DNA of 63,426 bases, counting the filler, from Polymyxa betae A26-41 (lineage: Eukaryota; Protista; Endomyxa: Phytomyxea): assembly GCA_003693705.1 (NCBI GenBank). It is 5 parts of 5 records of this genome, joined end to end, with 100 filler letters (N's around TTAATTAATTAA, not from the genome) between each part and the next. Parts side by side here need not be neighbours in the genome. Positions count along the whole stretch, not along the records: positions 25,554 to 43,660 come from RBZT01000630.1; 4 more parts are not named here. One strand, given 5' to 3'. Shown piece by piece: positions 25,554-38,904 of this stretch; positions within the stretch are counted from its first letter, which is position 1, and the number at the start of each line of letters is the position of its first letter. The position numbers and the translations under genes are program-made. Below the pieces are notes generated by a model. It saw nothing but the letters and a program-made list of their open reading frames with translations. It ran no database searches and was not told the origin of the DNA.

Positions 25554-26500
25554 GGAACTGAGCAGCATTTTGTTACAGCGTATTCCCATTATTCTAATGG
25601 TACGATAGAAATTGTTAATCGTCAAATATTAAATTTATTACGAAGCTTAATATCTGAGCTACGTCTTGATAAGGCTGATTGGCCTTACTTGATTAAACTA
25701 ATTGAACATACCTTAAAGCACCGTCCTCAGAGACGCCTTGGAGGCCATGCTCCTATTACAGTGATGACGGGATTACCGGCTGACAATCCTTTGGATACAG
25801 TCTTTTATAATCCAAAATCAATGGCAATTAGTGCCGTTGAGATCAGTACTCAACTGATTTCTGATTCGGTAATCCAGTTTAGCAAATATGCATAAAAAAA
25901 TAGTTTCTATTTCAGAAACTGAACGACAACTTCATAGACAATGTCGATCACAGCATCGCACTCTTCCGAATTTTGGGGTTGGTGATTATGTTTTAGTTGC
26001 CATTCCAAGCAAAAAAGATTATCTTAAATTGCATCTTACTTGGCATGGTCCATATCGAGTTGTTGATACTCATAAATCTTATGTCTTCACAGTCGAGAAT
26101 TTACTGACTAAGAAGCACTTCGAGGTTCACGGTGATAGACTTCAATTTTATTCTGACAAAAATTTAAATGTCACTGAGGAGATTCTGAATCAATTCGCTT
26201 ATGATACCAGTGCTCGACAGATAGAAAAGATCTGCGATGCTCGACTTGATTCAGTTAACCATCAGATAGATTACCTCGTTAAATGGCGAGGCTTTACAGA
26301 TTTGGAAAATTCTTGGTGCCCAGGCTTTAGTCTTCATTACGACAACCCTGAGGTCATTAGAAAATTTGTATCAGAGAATCCACAACATCCTCTGATTACA
26401 ACAATACAAACATTTTTATTCCAAACTTTACATTGTTAGTTAGCAGACCTTTTTTCCAAAACCCGGTTTCATCCCATTGGGTTTTTCGGGGGCGGTTTTA
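25554..26500 (+). mobile_element. Ty3/Gypsy (chromovirus) 3' end: integrase C-terminus, GPY motif, chromodomain; frameshifted
   Basis: TAYSHYSNGTIEIVNR...W, WHGPYRV, YLVKWRGFTDLENSW. Confidence 0.9.
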
Positions 26501-26888
26501 CTGGTGCTACTACAATTGTACACAACACAAATTTCTGCCTTCTTCAGCCATAAATTTGTTTTGGAGGAAGGTAGTGTATGCGACCCCTGTGATAGTATTG
26601 ACTGGTGATGGACGTGATCAGACTGAACGGTAAAGAAGCATCCTGGAGATTCATCATATTATATAGAATAAGATATGTATTAAAATAAATGAGAAATAAT
26701 CTGAATTCGATTACTGGGACAAACCACATAAGCTGCAGCAAAATCCAACGCGCTTTTTTGGTGACTACGCAAATTCCAAACCGGAAAAAGGCGTGTGTCA
26801 AGACTGCGCACTTTTTCACTTGGCTGAGTCTTCTCGGTAATAGCAGTCGCACAACTCAGATTTATTTGTTGGAGTTACTTGAACTTGA

Positions 26889-27432
<544 letters not shown>

Positions 27433-27646
27433 TCATGCTCATGTGACAGCTTCTGCTGCTCTACACTATCTTTTGTTTCCTAAATTCGTCTTTCATCGTC
27501 ACAATAAATAATTGACATTTGTTTGCTGTCAACACCTGGGCTTATGTCTACCGAGCGGCAAAATGGCTGTTTGTTGCAAACAACTGTAAAGTGTATTTAT
27601 AATGATAGCCAACATGTTTACCTACATTTTTCCATTTCTAAATTAT

Positions 27647-28323
27647 TCAGACTGTTGACGGTATGTTCATATGAACTGGCGCTTTCTTTTGAGACTCGAC
27701 TTTGTTTTTGCGGTTCGAAGCAAGGGACAGGAACGCTGTCCAAGGTATGTTTACCTGTTCATGGGATTAAATTCTGAATCGGTTTGCACTGGCTAGTTCA
27801 TACTAAATTAACCAAAACTATGCGATAGTTTACAGGCATTATACTTAGATTGACTGCCTGTACGCATGGCCAGACAATCCAATTGATACGAAGAGTTTTC
27901 CAGAGCTCGGATCGAATCAAGTGGAATCCATCTTTCAAGGTTTTACCTTGCCACAGCGAGGCCCAGAGAAACATTATGGATAGGATTGGAGGAGTCCAAA
28001 TGAGCTGATCAGCCAAGACCTTACAAACAACTATCCAAACATTCGTTCCTGGTAGCACCTTCTCCAGATTAGGATACCTGGAACTAGTTAGTTTCGATGC
28101 CCATTTATAGCGGAATGGCAGACCAGAGGTAAGCTAAAGGAGCATAGACGATTGCACCAAAAGCGGAATGTCTCAAAAAGCGAACGGAACTGAAAGGCTT
28201 TTTCGGGCGTTCCAAGATCTGGCATAATGCGTCTCCGATTGCCCAAAGTAACCCGGACTGAATGATAGTGGCCAGGAGATAGTTGTTTTCCTGCCACTCT
28301 AGGACCTGTTCAATGTCGGCCAT
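27647..28323 (-). CDS. Mpv17/PMP22 family membrane protein (3 exons)
   Basis: GDALCQ, KVLADQLIWTP, NWIVWPCVQAVNL...VNL|VNIPWTAFLS motifs. Confidence 0.92.
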
Positions 28324-29209
28324 ACTTTAGTGGAATATCGCTCTTCGCCTCTTGAATATATCAATGCAATCCTCAAGTTGCCATAAGAAAGGAACGCGTA
28401 GATCTTGAGTGGGCGACGAAGGTCACGGCGTCACTATCGCCAGTGGCCACGTCACAGTCAGCTCGCACTTACTGCTGTCGCCGAACTGACATGCAACTTA
28501 ACCGAGTTGCACTGGCCGCGTGGGCTGCAGTACAATCGCCTTGTCTGCTTGCTGATCAAATGTCTCAAATCGCCATCAGCTCATGATACTGTCTTTGGCC
28601 CTGTGGTGGCGACGGTGGCGGTTCCGCTAATGCTTTGACCGGATGCAATTGAGAATGTGAAAGTCCAGATGTTCGCGTGCAGTGTAATACAGGTCAAGAC
28701 AGACAACAGAGCCTTCTGCCTTGCAATATTTTTAAGAGAGAGCTGATCAAATGGCACAGTAGCCTGAAGATGGTGGAAAGCCAAAACGTAGCTCAGATTG
28801 GTTGAAACGATCTGTTTTCGATGCTGCTGTCGAGCTGCTGCCTCTCTCGACGGTTTGATAACACTTAATGCCGATTCAGAATCAGTCATAAAAGTCAATA
28901 CAATTGCCAAATCAATGCGCTCGGTATTGGCCAAGCTTGTGGGATTTTACCGGTACTTCAACAGCGTTCCCCTCGATTTCACTCATAAATTTCTTCACAT
29001 TTGCTGCTGCTAAACCACGAATATCTGCAAATGCCAGCGAAATGAAATTCTGAGTAGCCATGAACTCGACCAAGCTGTCGGAACTGAAAGAGCTGGGTAT
29101 TCTGGGCGATCTTCTACATCTGTATTCGAATAACAGCAATCAGAAAATGATTCTGTGTTCTGAATGAAGATGGTCACGCAGTCGCCTAATAAAGTCCTCA
29201 CTGCATGCA

Positions 29210-31423
29210 ATGGATGATCTATATGAGGATCTAACGCAGGATGACATCGATCAGATGCTGCCATACCTGAGCCAGCCTCGATCACAGCCTGACCAGCTTC
29301 AGACCGTCCTGCATAGGTTCGGCATCCAATCGCTTCGACCGGAGCAGAAGCAGGCGGTCGACGCCATCCTCGACCATCGGGACGTCTTTCTCTGCCTTCC
29401 AACCGGAGGTCTGCTTTCGATTCCAACTCATAACAAGTTTTTTATGATTCTTCTAGGCGGAAAGTCGCTATGCTTTCAGATACCAAGCTTGCTGATTGGA
29501 GACCATGGCCTAACAATTGTCGTATCGCCATTGGTGTCTTTGATATCGAATCAGGTCCGCATTGTAAACGAGAAAGGTATCGGTTGCGGCCTGATCAACA
29601 GCACAGTTTCTGCCAGACAAACCGCCGAACTGCACACCGCCGTCCTCCAACAAACGTCGTAACGCCGCCTTCTAGCCAGTCGTTTTGGCTGAGTCTCCCT
29701 GAACAGCCTTCAGATTCGTATCATCTATACGACTCCCGAATCGTTCAAGACCGATGCCGTACTGGACCTCTTTCGCAAACTCTACAACATGAAGCGGATC
29801 GATTTGTTCGCCATCGACGAAGCGCATTGTATCTCGACCTGGGGCCATTCCTTTCGCCCATCGTATCAAGGCCTGTCGATGATTCGGTCGGCGTTCCCAT
29901 CGACACCGATTCTGGCGTGTACGGCGACGGCAACGCGACCCGTCATGAACGACATTGTGAGGACGCTGGGCCTGAAGAATCCGGCCATCGTCAAGGCCAG
30001 CTTCAATCGCAGCAACATCTTTTACAAGATCATCTGGAGCTCGTCACTTGTTCAGCGTGAAGAGCACGACCTCCTCAATCTGATCAAGAAGTTCAGGCAG
30101 GGCCGCGGCGGTATCATCTATTGCAGCACGCGAGCCGGCTGCGTCGAACTGGCCGACTTCCTGAACGAATCTGGCATCGTTGTGGGAGTCTATCATGCTG
30201 GCCTGCCGATTCGCGAACGTGAACGTGTCCAATCGCAATGGGAATCATGCGAGATCGATATCGTAATCGCTACAATCGCGTTCGGGATGGGAATTCATCG
30301 CGCCGACGTTTCGTTTATCATCCATGTGAACCTACCCAAATCGATCGAAAACTATTATCAGGTAAGGCGGTCAGTTTTCGATCAATCACAGACGCTAAGA
30401 GCATTCTCATAGGAAACAGGTCGTGCTGGCCGAAATGGGAAGTCAGCAGTCGCCATCATGTATTATTCGAAGGTTGATGAAAAGAGAACGAGAAATCTCC
30501 TTCAGCGAGAGCGCAACGCACGAGCCATCAGTTTGTTCGAAGAGATGGTGAATCTTTGCACGACCGCTACATGCCGCAGACAGAAGATGCTCGCCTATTT
30601 TGGTGAGCAATGGGAGCCTGCAAATCCGCCTGCAAAGAACTGCTGCGATTACTGTGATGATCCAGCGCTATTTGAACGGAATCGCCGCACTAGTGAAGTC
30701 AGCTCTTCGTCTTTGAAACATGTTTTAGCTCTAGCTTCCAAGCACCGTAAGCGAACATCGGATGATGTGAGACAAAGCGAAATCTCTCTTGTTGATGAAC
30801 CAGAAGAGGAGGAGAGCGCTGGAATCTATCGTTTTTTTGATAAGAAAACGACTGATGACAATGTTCCTAAGCGAAGGAGAAAATTGACTTCCGATATCAC
30901 AAACGTTCAACGTGATCTCTGTCGGCGACGAATTCTACAAGCGTTGAGACAGAATCGTATTGCTGCTGGCGTGGTCGAGGACGAAGAGTCGCTAAATATA
31001 GCAGTGGCATCGCTGGAGCAAGCGCTCTTCGATCGCGCTTCTGTTAAATCCGATTATATGAACAAGTCTCGCGACCTCGTTGTATCGATTCAATCGTTTT
31101 CTAATACTTTGACGATATACAAAGAAAATTCCGAAAAAGCCTCAGATCTGGACCTACAACTGGCACAAGCTCGAATATGCAAAATTTCTTCAGAGATAAA
31201 GTCAGCCAATCCAGAAGAAATCGGCTATATCACCAGTGCCTTGTCCAAATACTTCATGACGATTGAAACGCTGAAATCGTCGCGAATCGGGAAAGACGTC
31301 AACGAACTTCTCAAGCGTATGAGAGATTGTGGCCTGGACCAGACTCAGAGGCAGCATTTCCAAAGCCTATCGTCGCTATTAACGCGATGGAAAGACGTAG
31401 CTCGTCAGGACCCCAACCAATAA
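29210..31423 (+). CDS. RecQ family DNA helicase (RECQL5/RecQ3-like) with C-terminal TFIIS-like modules
   Basis: LPTG|GGKSLCFQ, VVSPL, YTTPE, IDEAHCISTWGHSFRPSY, TATAT, IIYC, YHAGL, ATIAFGMGI, YYQ|ETGRAGRNG, RQC Zn CRR...CCDYC; three short introns. Confidence 0.95.
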
Positions 31424-31633
31424 ATCTCCTCTTGCCTCCCCTGCTCTAGCAAACATCATTGTCGCCTCTATCTATCAAACTCAGTATGTAACATTACACA
31501 GCCTCTGTCTGAATCAGAGTTAGAATGTGTAACAATACAATCGATGCTTTATCGTCTTATCAAGGTTTTTTCATTATCTCATTTCAAAATCAATCATTTC
31601 AAATTTCGGCGGAGTTCCGCTACTGGAATCACG

Positions 31634-32922
31634 ATGGAGGAGCTGTGGTCCTCCGACCAGGCGGCGTCCTGCTATAAGAATGTGATCTGGTCTCCGGATG
31701 GGACCTGCGCTTTGGCGGCTCTGGATAGCGGCGTCATCGAGCTGTATGAGATTGTGACTTCTGAGCCAACGCCATCCATGCGTCTCGTCTTCTCGGTTTC
31801 CGAGCCTGAGATCGTCTACGACTACTGCTGGTCGCCGACTATGACATCACAAGAGCCTTCCACCTGCTTGTTTGCCTCTACCGGCCGCGATCAGCCGATT
31901 CACGTTTGGGACGCTTTCACCGGCAAGCTCAGGACATCATTATCGCCTCGCAACGATGGCGACGAGCTGCATACCTGCATTTCGGTCGCCATCACGCCAG
32001 ATGGTGCTCAGCTATACGGCGGCACGAAAGACGGCGTCTATATCTTCGACTTGGCTGTTTCCGACCTGCAAGAGCGCTGGAAGATGCGAGATAAAGAGAG
32101 CGATGACGATTTCTCGGGCCTCGTCTCTACATTGGCGTTCCGAAGCCAATCCGATGGCGAATTGATTGCTGCTGGATCCTATAACGGGACAATTGGTGTC
32201 TTTGATAGGAATTCGGGCACTCATTGGACGACCCTACGAGCCCATGAACGAGGCGTATCTCGTCTAAAATTCAGTCATTGTGGTAATGCTCTCTTGTCCA
32301 ATTTTTTTTCGATTGCTGTCTTTTTTACTGCTGTATGGAGATTGACAATAGGTTATTAGGGACGTATCTTTGGGCTGCCGGACGATGCGCTCCTGATTTG
32401 ATTTGTTGGGATCTGCGCTACCTGGCACAGCCGCTGCACAAACTACCCCGTTCCAATTGCAACTATCAGCGAGTAGATTTCGATCTGGATCGCACTGGCC
32501 GATTTGTCGTCACTGGTAGCCAAGATGGGCGAGCGATCGCTTACGATTTGCTGGAAGTCCCGATACTGCCGTGTTCAGATCCAGTACGGGAATGCTGGAC
32601 TACCAATGTCGGACCAGGTTGTCTTCCTGTAATCAATCAGGGAATTGTCAGGTTGATATGAAACATAGGCGATTCTTGCAATGGGATTTCGTTGAATCCG
32701 ATGGCGCCGTTCGCGTTGACAAGCTCAGGGATGAGGCATTTTGAAGTTGGCAATGAGACTGATGATGACGACGATGGGCTGTCTACCGAAACGATCGACT
32801 ATCGATTACGTCTCTGGAAGATTGTGCTGGACTCCGATCGGCCTTTGAAGCAGCATCCTTCTCAAATACCCTCTGAATCAGAAGAACGCGATTTTGAAAA
32901 CGATGCTCAACCTAACAGATAG
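31634..32922 (+). CDS. WRAP53: Telomerase Cajal body protein 1 (WD40)
   Basis: WSPDGTC, VYDYCW, STGRDQPIHVWDAFTGKLR, CWDLR, YQRVDFD, SSGMRHF, LRLW; two introns. Confidence 0.9.
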
Positions 32923-33718
32923 CAAGCAGATTTGATAATATAAGTCACACGATCTTAATGGTTTCGTGATTGTATTATCAAGAAACTAAGAGCTCTGCCA
33001 AAAACCGTAACCAAACTCCAATCAATTGCCGCCATTCACGATGGCATTCAAAGCACGGCGAGCATTCCGGTAGCTATTGTCGATCAAGTTCTGATCGTCT
33101 CCGGTCAACAAGATAGTGTCACTGGTCATGTGGAAATAAGCCCAGCACTACTCCTGTTGCTTCACCCCATCTTGTTTGTTGCCTCTGCACCCGCTGGACC
33201 CATATTAAACATGGTCAATCGAAGCCGCCGTACCTGATGCAGACTCGACAGTGGTCAAAATCAGATTTATTTGGGCATATAGATCGCTTCCCAGGCATTG
33301 GCGTCTTGAACGTGACAATGAACATTGACATCAGTGAAAACAAACGTCAATGAAATCAAATTGTTGCGAACGCATCGGCCTCAGCGCTGCCCCGACCACG
33401 ATCGCTTGATCCCGGATGATCATAACGAGCATCGTCTAGCTTGAAAACGTCGGCAGTAAAGCATACCACAGACTTGGATCCAGACAAACATTCGCTGCAA
33501 GCTGTCGATTCTACAGGCGGCGTAATCGTGGTACAGCCAGCGGGAGCGGGTCGAGCAAGGTCGAACGACGCATGTGGGAAAATCAGCCGCGATGGTCTGC
33601 TCATCAACATCGGGCAGCGTCTTGCGATTCCAGAATTTTAAATAGTGTTATACTACATGTTTTCAATAGCTTGCGACTGTTGGCTCGAGTTTATTACGAC
33701 TTTTTTCGAACACTGAGC

Positions 33719-35553
33719 TTACGAGCTGTAGAATGACCGACTCCTTATTATATCGCGGTTGTGTTGCTTGAATAGAAACTGTAAAATTCGGGAGATTACA
33801 GGAGGCACTGCTTCTGGTTCATGTACTCGGAAGAACATGATAACTGACACTGAAAGAGAAAACAGAAGCAAATCACCAAAGGGAACCCCTGCAAGCAAGC
33901 GGCGGTCTACTAATAGCATAAATAAGGTATCAACACCCCTGAATACCATATCAGTGAAATGAATCGTGTTTCCCAACTCACTGATAAATGGTGGATTAAT
34001 CAAACCCGAGTTAAGCAATATTACCTTGGCAGAGTGTATAAAGCGAGCTCCGATCGTTTAGTTGGCTTTTCAATAAAAACGGAGAGAGATGCTACCAAAC
34101 CAGCCAGGTAGAATATGATACGATGGGGATGGTATAACGAGGCCTCAACGCCACGCTGATAATAGCAAGCAGTTGCCTGATACAAGCCCACGAACGAAGA
34201 TATGAAAAGCACCGATCTCAGCAGGGTCTTCAGCATTGCTGTTATATAATGTCCCGGGGTTCTCAGAAAAGCCCCGAATTTCAAAAACAGAACAGGAGAT
34301 ATCGTCAACGACGCATACAAAGGAAGAATCTTCTGTGCTGTCTGCAGCATCGCCTTAATTGTTTGATTAAAGCATGACGAAGTTCCTACAAGCATGCTGA
34401 TCAGTACATAGTTGCAAAACCAGAAAGAGGCTACCTGGGTGCGAAACAGAGCAAGGAATGAATCCATCTTTAACAGATTCGATCAAATGGTCGATATTTT
34501 CCTCTCCCAAAGATTTGGACAGCAAAAATTGCCTCAGCTGCAAATAATCGACCGGAGCGTTGCGGTACGCGCATCGCACCGCCTTTAGAACCGGCATCGC
34601 TGTTGGCCTAGAGAAAATTTTACATCATATCAACATAATCAGTAAATTCTTACCCGGTTTGTTGAATGAAATTGAAGAACGAAGGAGCCAATGTGTCTGG
34701 GCGCATGGCATATGCATACCTGTATGGATATTAGCGAATATGGCCAAGCAGCCAGAAGAGATATGCGTCGGGAAAAGCAACGAACATAATCTGAGCAGAA
34801 GAAAGAGCAAATAAAAGAGCAGCTCCTCCACGAATCGGTCGCACTTGGTCTCGGTTTTTCATATTTCTGTACAGACACTCGCACATCCGAACAAAAGCAT
34901 ACAAAGCAATCATGCGACGATTCTGCATGCAAAGCTGAGTGAATTGGTCCGCGCCACAGCAGGTGAGAATACTTTGCGGTTCAGAAAGACCAGGCTAAAT
35001 CCGGCTACCGCTCCAGCATAAACGGTGTTCCATTCATCGTCCTGTTTTCTGAGACTCTTGAAAACCCATGATAATAATTCAAATCCACCTATGTAGGAAC
35101 CAATAAGAGTCTATGGAATGTATGTATGAGCATTATCTACCTGCAAAAGATCCAGAAAATAGCCCTAAGCGAACAGCCTCTTCTCTCATAACAAGGTGCT
35201 GTTCGCCCTATCAAACATTGAGATTCCATCGCCCATTTAAACAAAACGGAAGTACAATAACGGCATTGAGAGAGAAGAGTTGTTTCGGGGATCGCTTTAG
35301 CAAGTAAAACATTCGTGAACAGATCGCGACAGCCGACCGCAGGCTGAACGCACATTAAAGCGTATCTATATACAAATTATCCCCTGCATTACCCATAACC
35401 CAGGCTGAATGCATGAGCGAAAACAGACAGCGATCGCTTCAGTGGCGAGTCATAGATCGGAGATCTCATTGAATCGCGCATATCGCCCTCGGCCGAGGTT
35501 ATGACAATCCCGGGCTTGTCGTTCGGCTGCAATGTGTTGGTCGCGGCGGTCAT
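33719..35553 (-). CDS. TMEM135: TMEM135-family membrane protein (multi-exon)
   Basis: AGAVAGFS, RRMIALY, LLFALSSAQIMF, CSVSHP, RSVLFISSFV, FIEKPTKRSELALYTLPR, LLFSLS motifs. Confidence 0.88.
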
Positions 35554-36356
35554 GGCCCCGGCAACGACGACGGAAGTCAAACTCGAACGACTCGACCAGA
35601 GACGACCATCTGGAATGTTAAGTAAAGCGTAACATTAACGGCATCATCTGCTTAAGAACCTTCAACCCACGGGGCGACGCGCCATCTGGGTCGGTATATT
35701 AGGGCCTTTATAGACCCCATCGCCCCATAATCCAATAGCAGACCCATGTCCGCGCTCAGCGTACAGAGGGAAGATTCATTCTCAAATGTACGCTGGATAT
35801 ATTCGGATTACATGGCTCACTTATCGAATCGATAAAGGATTCCGCAGGCGTTAGAGCTGCTGGATTTCAGCTGCTCGGATCAAGAAGGCATCAAAAGATT
35901 CGGCCAGATGATGGCGAGTTGGTGCGTTTGCACGTCGGCACTTGGAGTCGCAAACACTATTGCTAATTTGAAAACAAACACGTTAACGACCATTGGTTGT
36001 TAACGATGTCGTCTATTATAGTAACCCGTCATTCTATTAATTAATGTCCATAGTATCATTGCCATTGCCAAGCCATCTATCTATCTGGAAAGATTGTGCG
36101 TTTGAACCCAGTATCAATAGGTCTCCTTGTTGTTCGATGTTTGGCACTGCCTGTCATCTCATGGCTAATATAGACTTCGTCTGGCACGATTTCAGCAAGC
36201 TTTTGCTGCTGCCTCAAGTATCGAGTAGTGTTCGTGCTGGGGATTTCAGAGCGCGCCGCCGATCAGCAGCAACAAATTGAATATGATGACCGACCGAGAT
36301 GGCCGACCGTTGAATAGCTCTGTTTCCATAAATCAAGAACGATAGCGTCTTCCTCT

Positions 36357-38716
36357 ATGGGGACGGTAAAAAACCGCCTCGATCGTGCTTCCGATTCGCA
36401 GGGTGATGTTGTCGTATCTCTAATGCCAGCGCAGCGACGCTCGACCAGTCAAAAATCGGCAGCGCGTTACATCATCCAGCTTTGCATACTGCTCGCTCTA
36501 CCGCAGACACTCTGCCGTCTGAATGTAATCGCCATGAACTGGCCCAGGACGCTCTGGGAAATTGTCGCGATTCTTACACAGGGCTTTTTGGAAGATCTGA
36601 CAATCTCTTTACAACTGGTTGTCATTGCGTTGGCGTTCTATAAAGTCCTGCATCGGCAAGCGGTGTTTGTCGGATTGGCCTTCGTGGCGCTAATAGCGAC
36701 GTTGCCGCCCATACTCGACCTTAGCGTCCAGCTCTGTGGATTCGCTCGTATCACACGAGTTGAAATCGAAGCCACGTTCCATCATTGGCATCACATGACG
36801 AGCTCGGTGGTCGACAGAGCTCTCAGCTTAGAGGCTTATATCTATCTGCTCGCATTCTCATTACTATTATACGTAATGGCATGGAAAACGTACAACATTC
36901 TATTCGATGCCGTAATCCATCGTTCGGTCGTTTTTACCTGTTTAGTCGGTGCGATTATCGCGGCGAATGTCGCGTTGACGTCCCGCTTTCTGCTGCCACG
37001 AGCCTGCGCTTATCTTGCCGGCAACCTGATGTTTACGTTGGAGTTCGGCCAGGCGCCCCTGAAAGCGAACATATTCGATCGCTGGCCGTCGCTGTACGTC
37101 GACCTGCGGACGATTCTCGACCCGAGTGAGGTCTTCAACAAGAGCCTGAAATCCGGCGTCGAGTTCCCTTTCTGGCGACAGACCTGGGCGTATCGCGGCC
37201 CGAAGCGGTTCGAATTGAATCTGGATCGACAGCGGCCACCGAACCTCTTGTTGATCAACATGGAGAGCTGGAGCCACGAATTCGCGAGCAGATCGTCGAG
37301 GAAGTATATGGGCGAGTCGCTGACGCCCAATTTCGACCAGTTTGCGAAGGAGGGCATCCAGTTCGAATCGCATTTCAACCCGGGGTAACTCTCGTTGCAA
37401 TCCAGAAAAAAATGTTGATCGTTACGCCAAGGATAACCACGACGAATACGCTGTTCAGCGAGCTATTCGGGTTGAAGCCGCGGTTCTCGTACAATCCGCC
37501 GTACGACCGGATGGCGGACCCGTTTCCGATGCACGGCCTGCCGCAGGTGCTGCAAGATAACGGCTACGACTGCAAGCTGATTTCCGGGACAAATATTGCT
37601 TGGCATAGCTGGAGAACGTTTCTGAAAAACAACAAGTTTAAAGATCTCGTGGACGATAAAACCATGAAAGAGATGCAAGACGAGCTCGGTTTAAAGTAAC
37701 GCGCGGCTATTGCTACTTCGCTACTGCAAGCTGGTTGATCGCATGCTTGCAGGATACCATCTACCGGTGAAGCCTGGGGAATCCCGGACGAGTTTTCGTT
37801 CAAAGTCCTCGAGCATGTTATCAAGAATTCGACGCAGAGCGCCAACCCGTTTTTCATCTCGTTCTATTCGATTTCATCTCACGATCCATTCCGAGTAATC
37901 ATGAACCAAATGGTCGGTTTACCTAAATTTTGTTTAGATACCTGATGGCGCTCCTGAAAGAGGTTTAGACATGTTTCATACTGGGACGAAACTGGACCGA
38001 GCTTACATGAGAGCGATTCGATATTCCGATCGGCAGGTCTTCTTGCGCGTCGATTTTCTGCGACTTTTTTTTGAGAAAATTGCTCCAGTTAGGTTCAGCG
38101 TTGAACAGGTTGCGGGCAGCAGGATTGTTATCGAATACGATAGTCATTATAACAGGCGACCATGGGCGAATTACAGGAGACGGCTCCTGGAGCAGACTGG
38201 ATTACAAGCAGTTCCTAACAGATCCATATAGCCACGTTCCATTCGCTATAATACCATCGTCCGATCTCCTACCAAGCCAATATCGAGGCCTGAAGGTCAA
38301 CGACGTCTCCAGCCATGTCGATATATTGGCGACGGTCACCGATATGTTGCAGCTGCCACCGTAAGAGTTGAGGTTTCGACATCCATGACCCTAAATGTTG
38401 TAGGTTTTGGCAGCATGGAATTGGAGCGTCGCTGATGCGTGCTCAGGATAGGAATAGGAAGGTGATCGTCGATCAGCCTCAGCCCGGACGAGAACTGGTG
38501 ACCGTCATGCAACGCGACCTCAAATTCGTCTTCGATGCCGGCTGGACGTTCTGCTCGGTCTATAATCGGTCGTTGGTGACGACGAACCGCGACACTCCAG
38601 CCACGTCTTGCTGGAACCCGACCTACTCACACGATACGAAGGATGCTCTAGCCTGGGCAAAACGAGTGTCGACGTGGACTTCCATAGGCTATAGTAAAGG
38701 CAGGTTCCTTCCATGA
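36357..38716 (+). CDS. Membrane-anchored LTA-synthase-like (LtaS/sulfatase superfamily) protein, multi-exon
   Basis: About five N-terminal hydrophobic segments, then PNLLLINMES, LTPNFD, TTTN, WGIPD, SSHDPF, IRYSD, NTIVIITGDHG, HVP, SHVDILAT, GASL. Confidence 0.85.
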
Positions 38717-38904
38717 ACCTCTAGGAGACGCCCCCTATATCGCGACGCCTTTCTTTCCAGATCGGGGTGCAAAGGCATTATGGCAAAAAAGTCGCGCCAC
38801 TTTGTTGGGAAATGTCAAAGAATATCGTTACTTTATTTACCACTTGTCTGTCTCATCATTGAGTCTCATTGTTATATAAACCACTGGATGTTGTCTCATC
38901 CAGA

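Noticed and set aside
28400-29180. Small gene between Mpv17 and RecQ (similarly 33000-33640 minus)
   Set aside because: Splice-like signals exist, but I could not build a convincing model or recognise a family.
29210-31423. RecQ as part of an Academ transposon
   Set aside because: Intact canonical RecQ with an RQC Zn site among housekeeping genes; no transposase or TIRs nearby.
31634-32922. Functional link between WRAP53 and the telomere-like tracts
   Set aside because: Different contigs joined artificially; the co-occurrence is coincidental.
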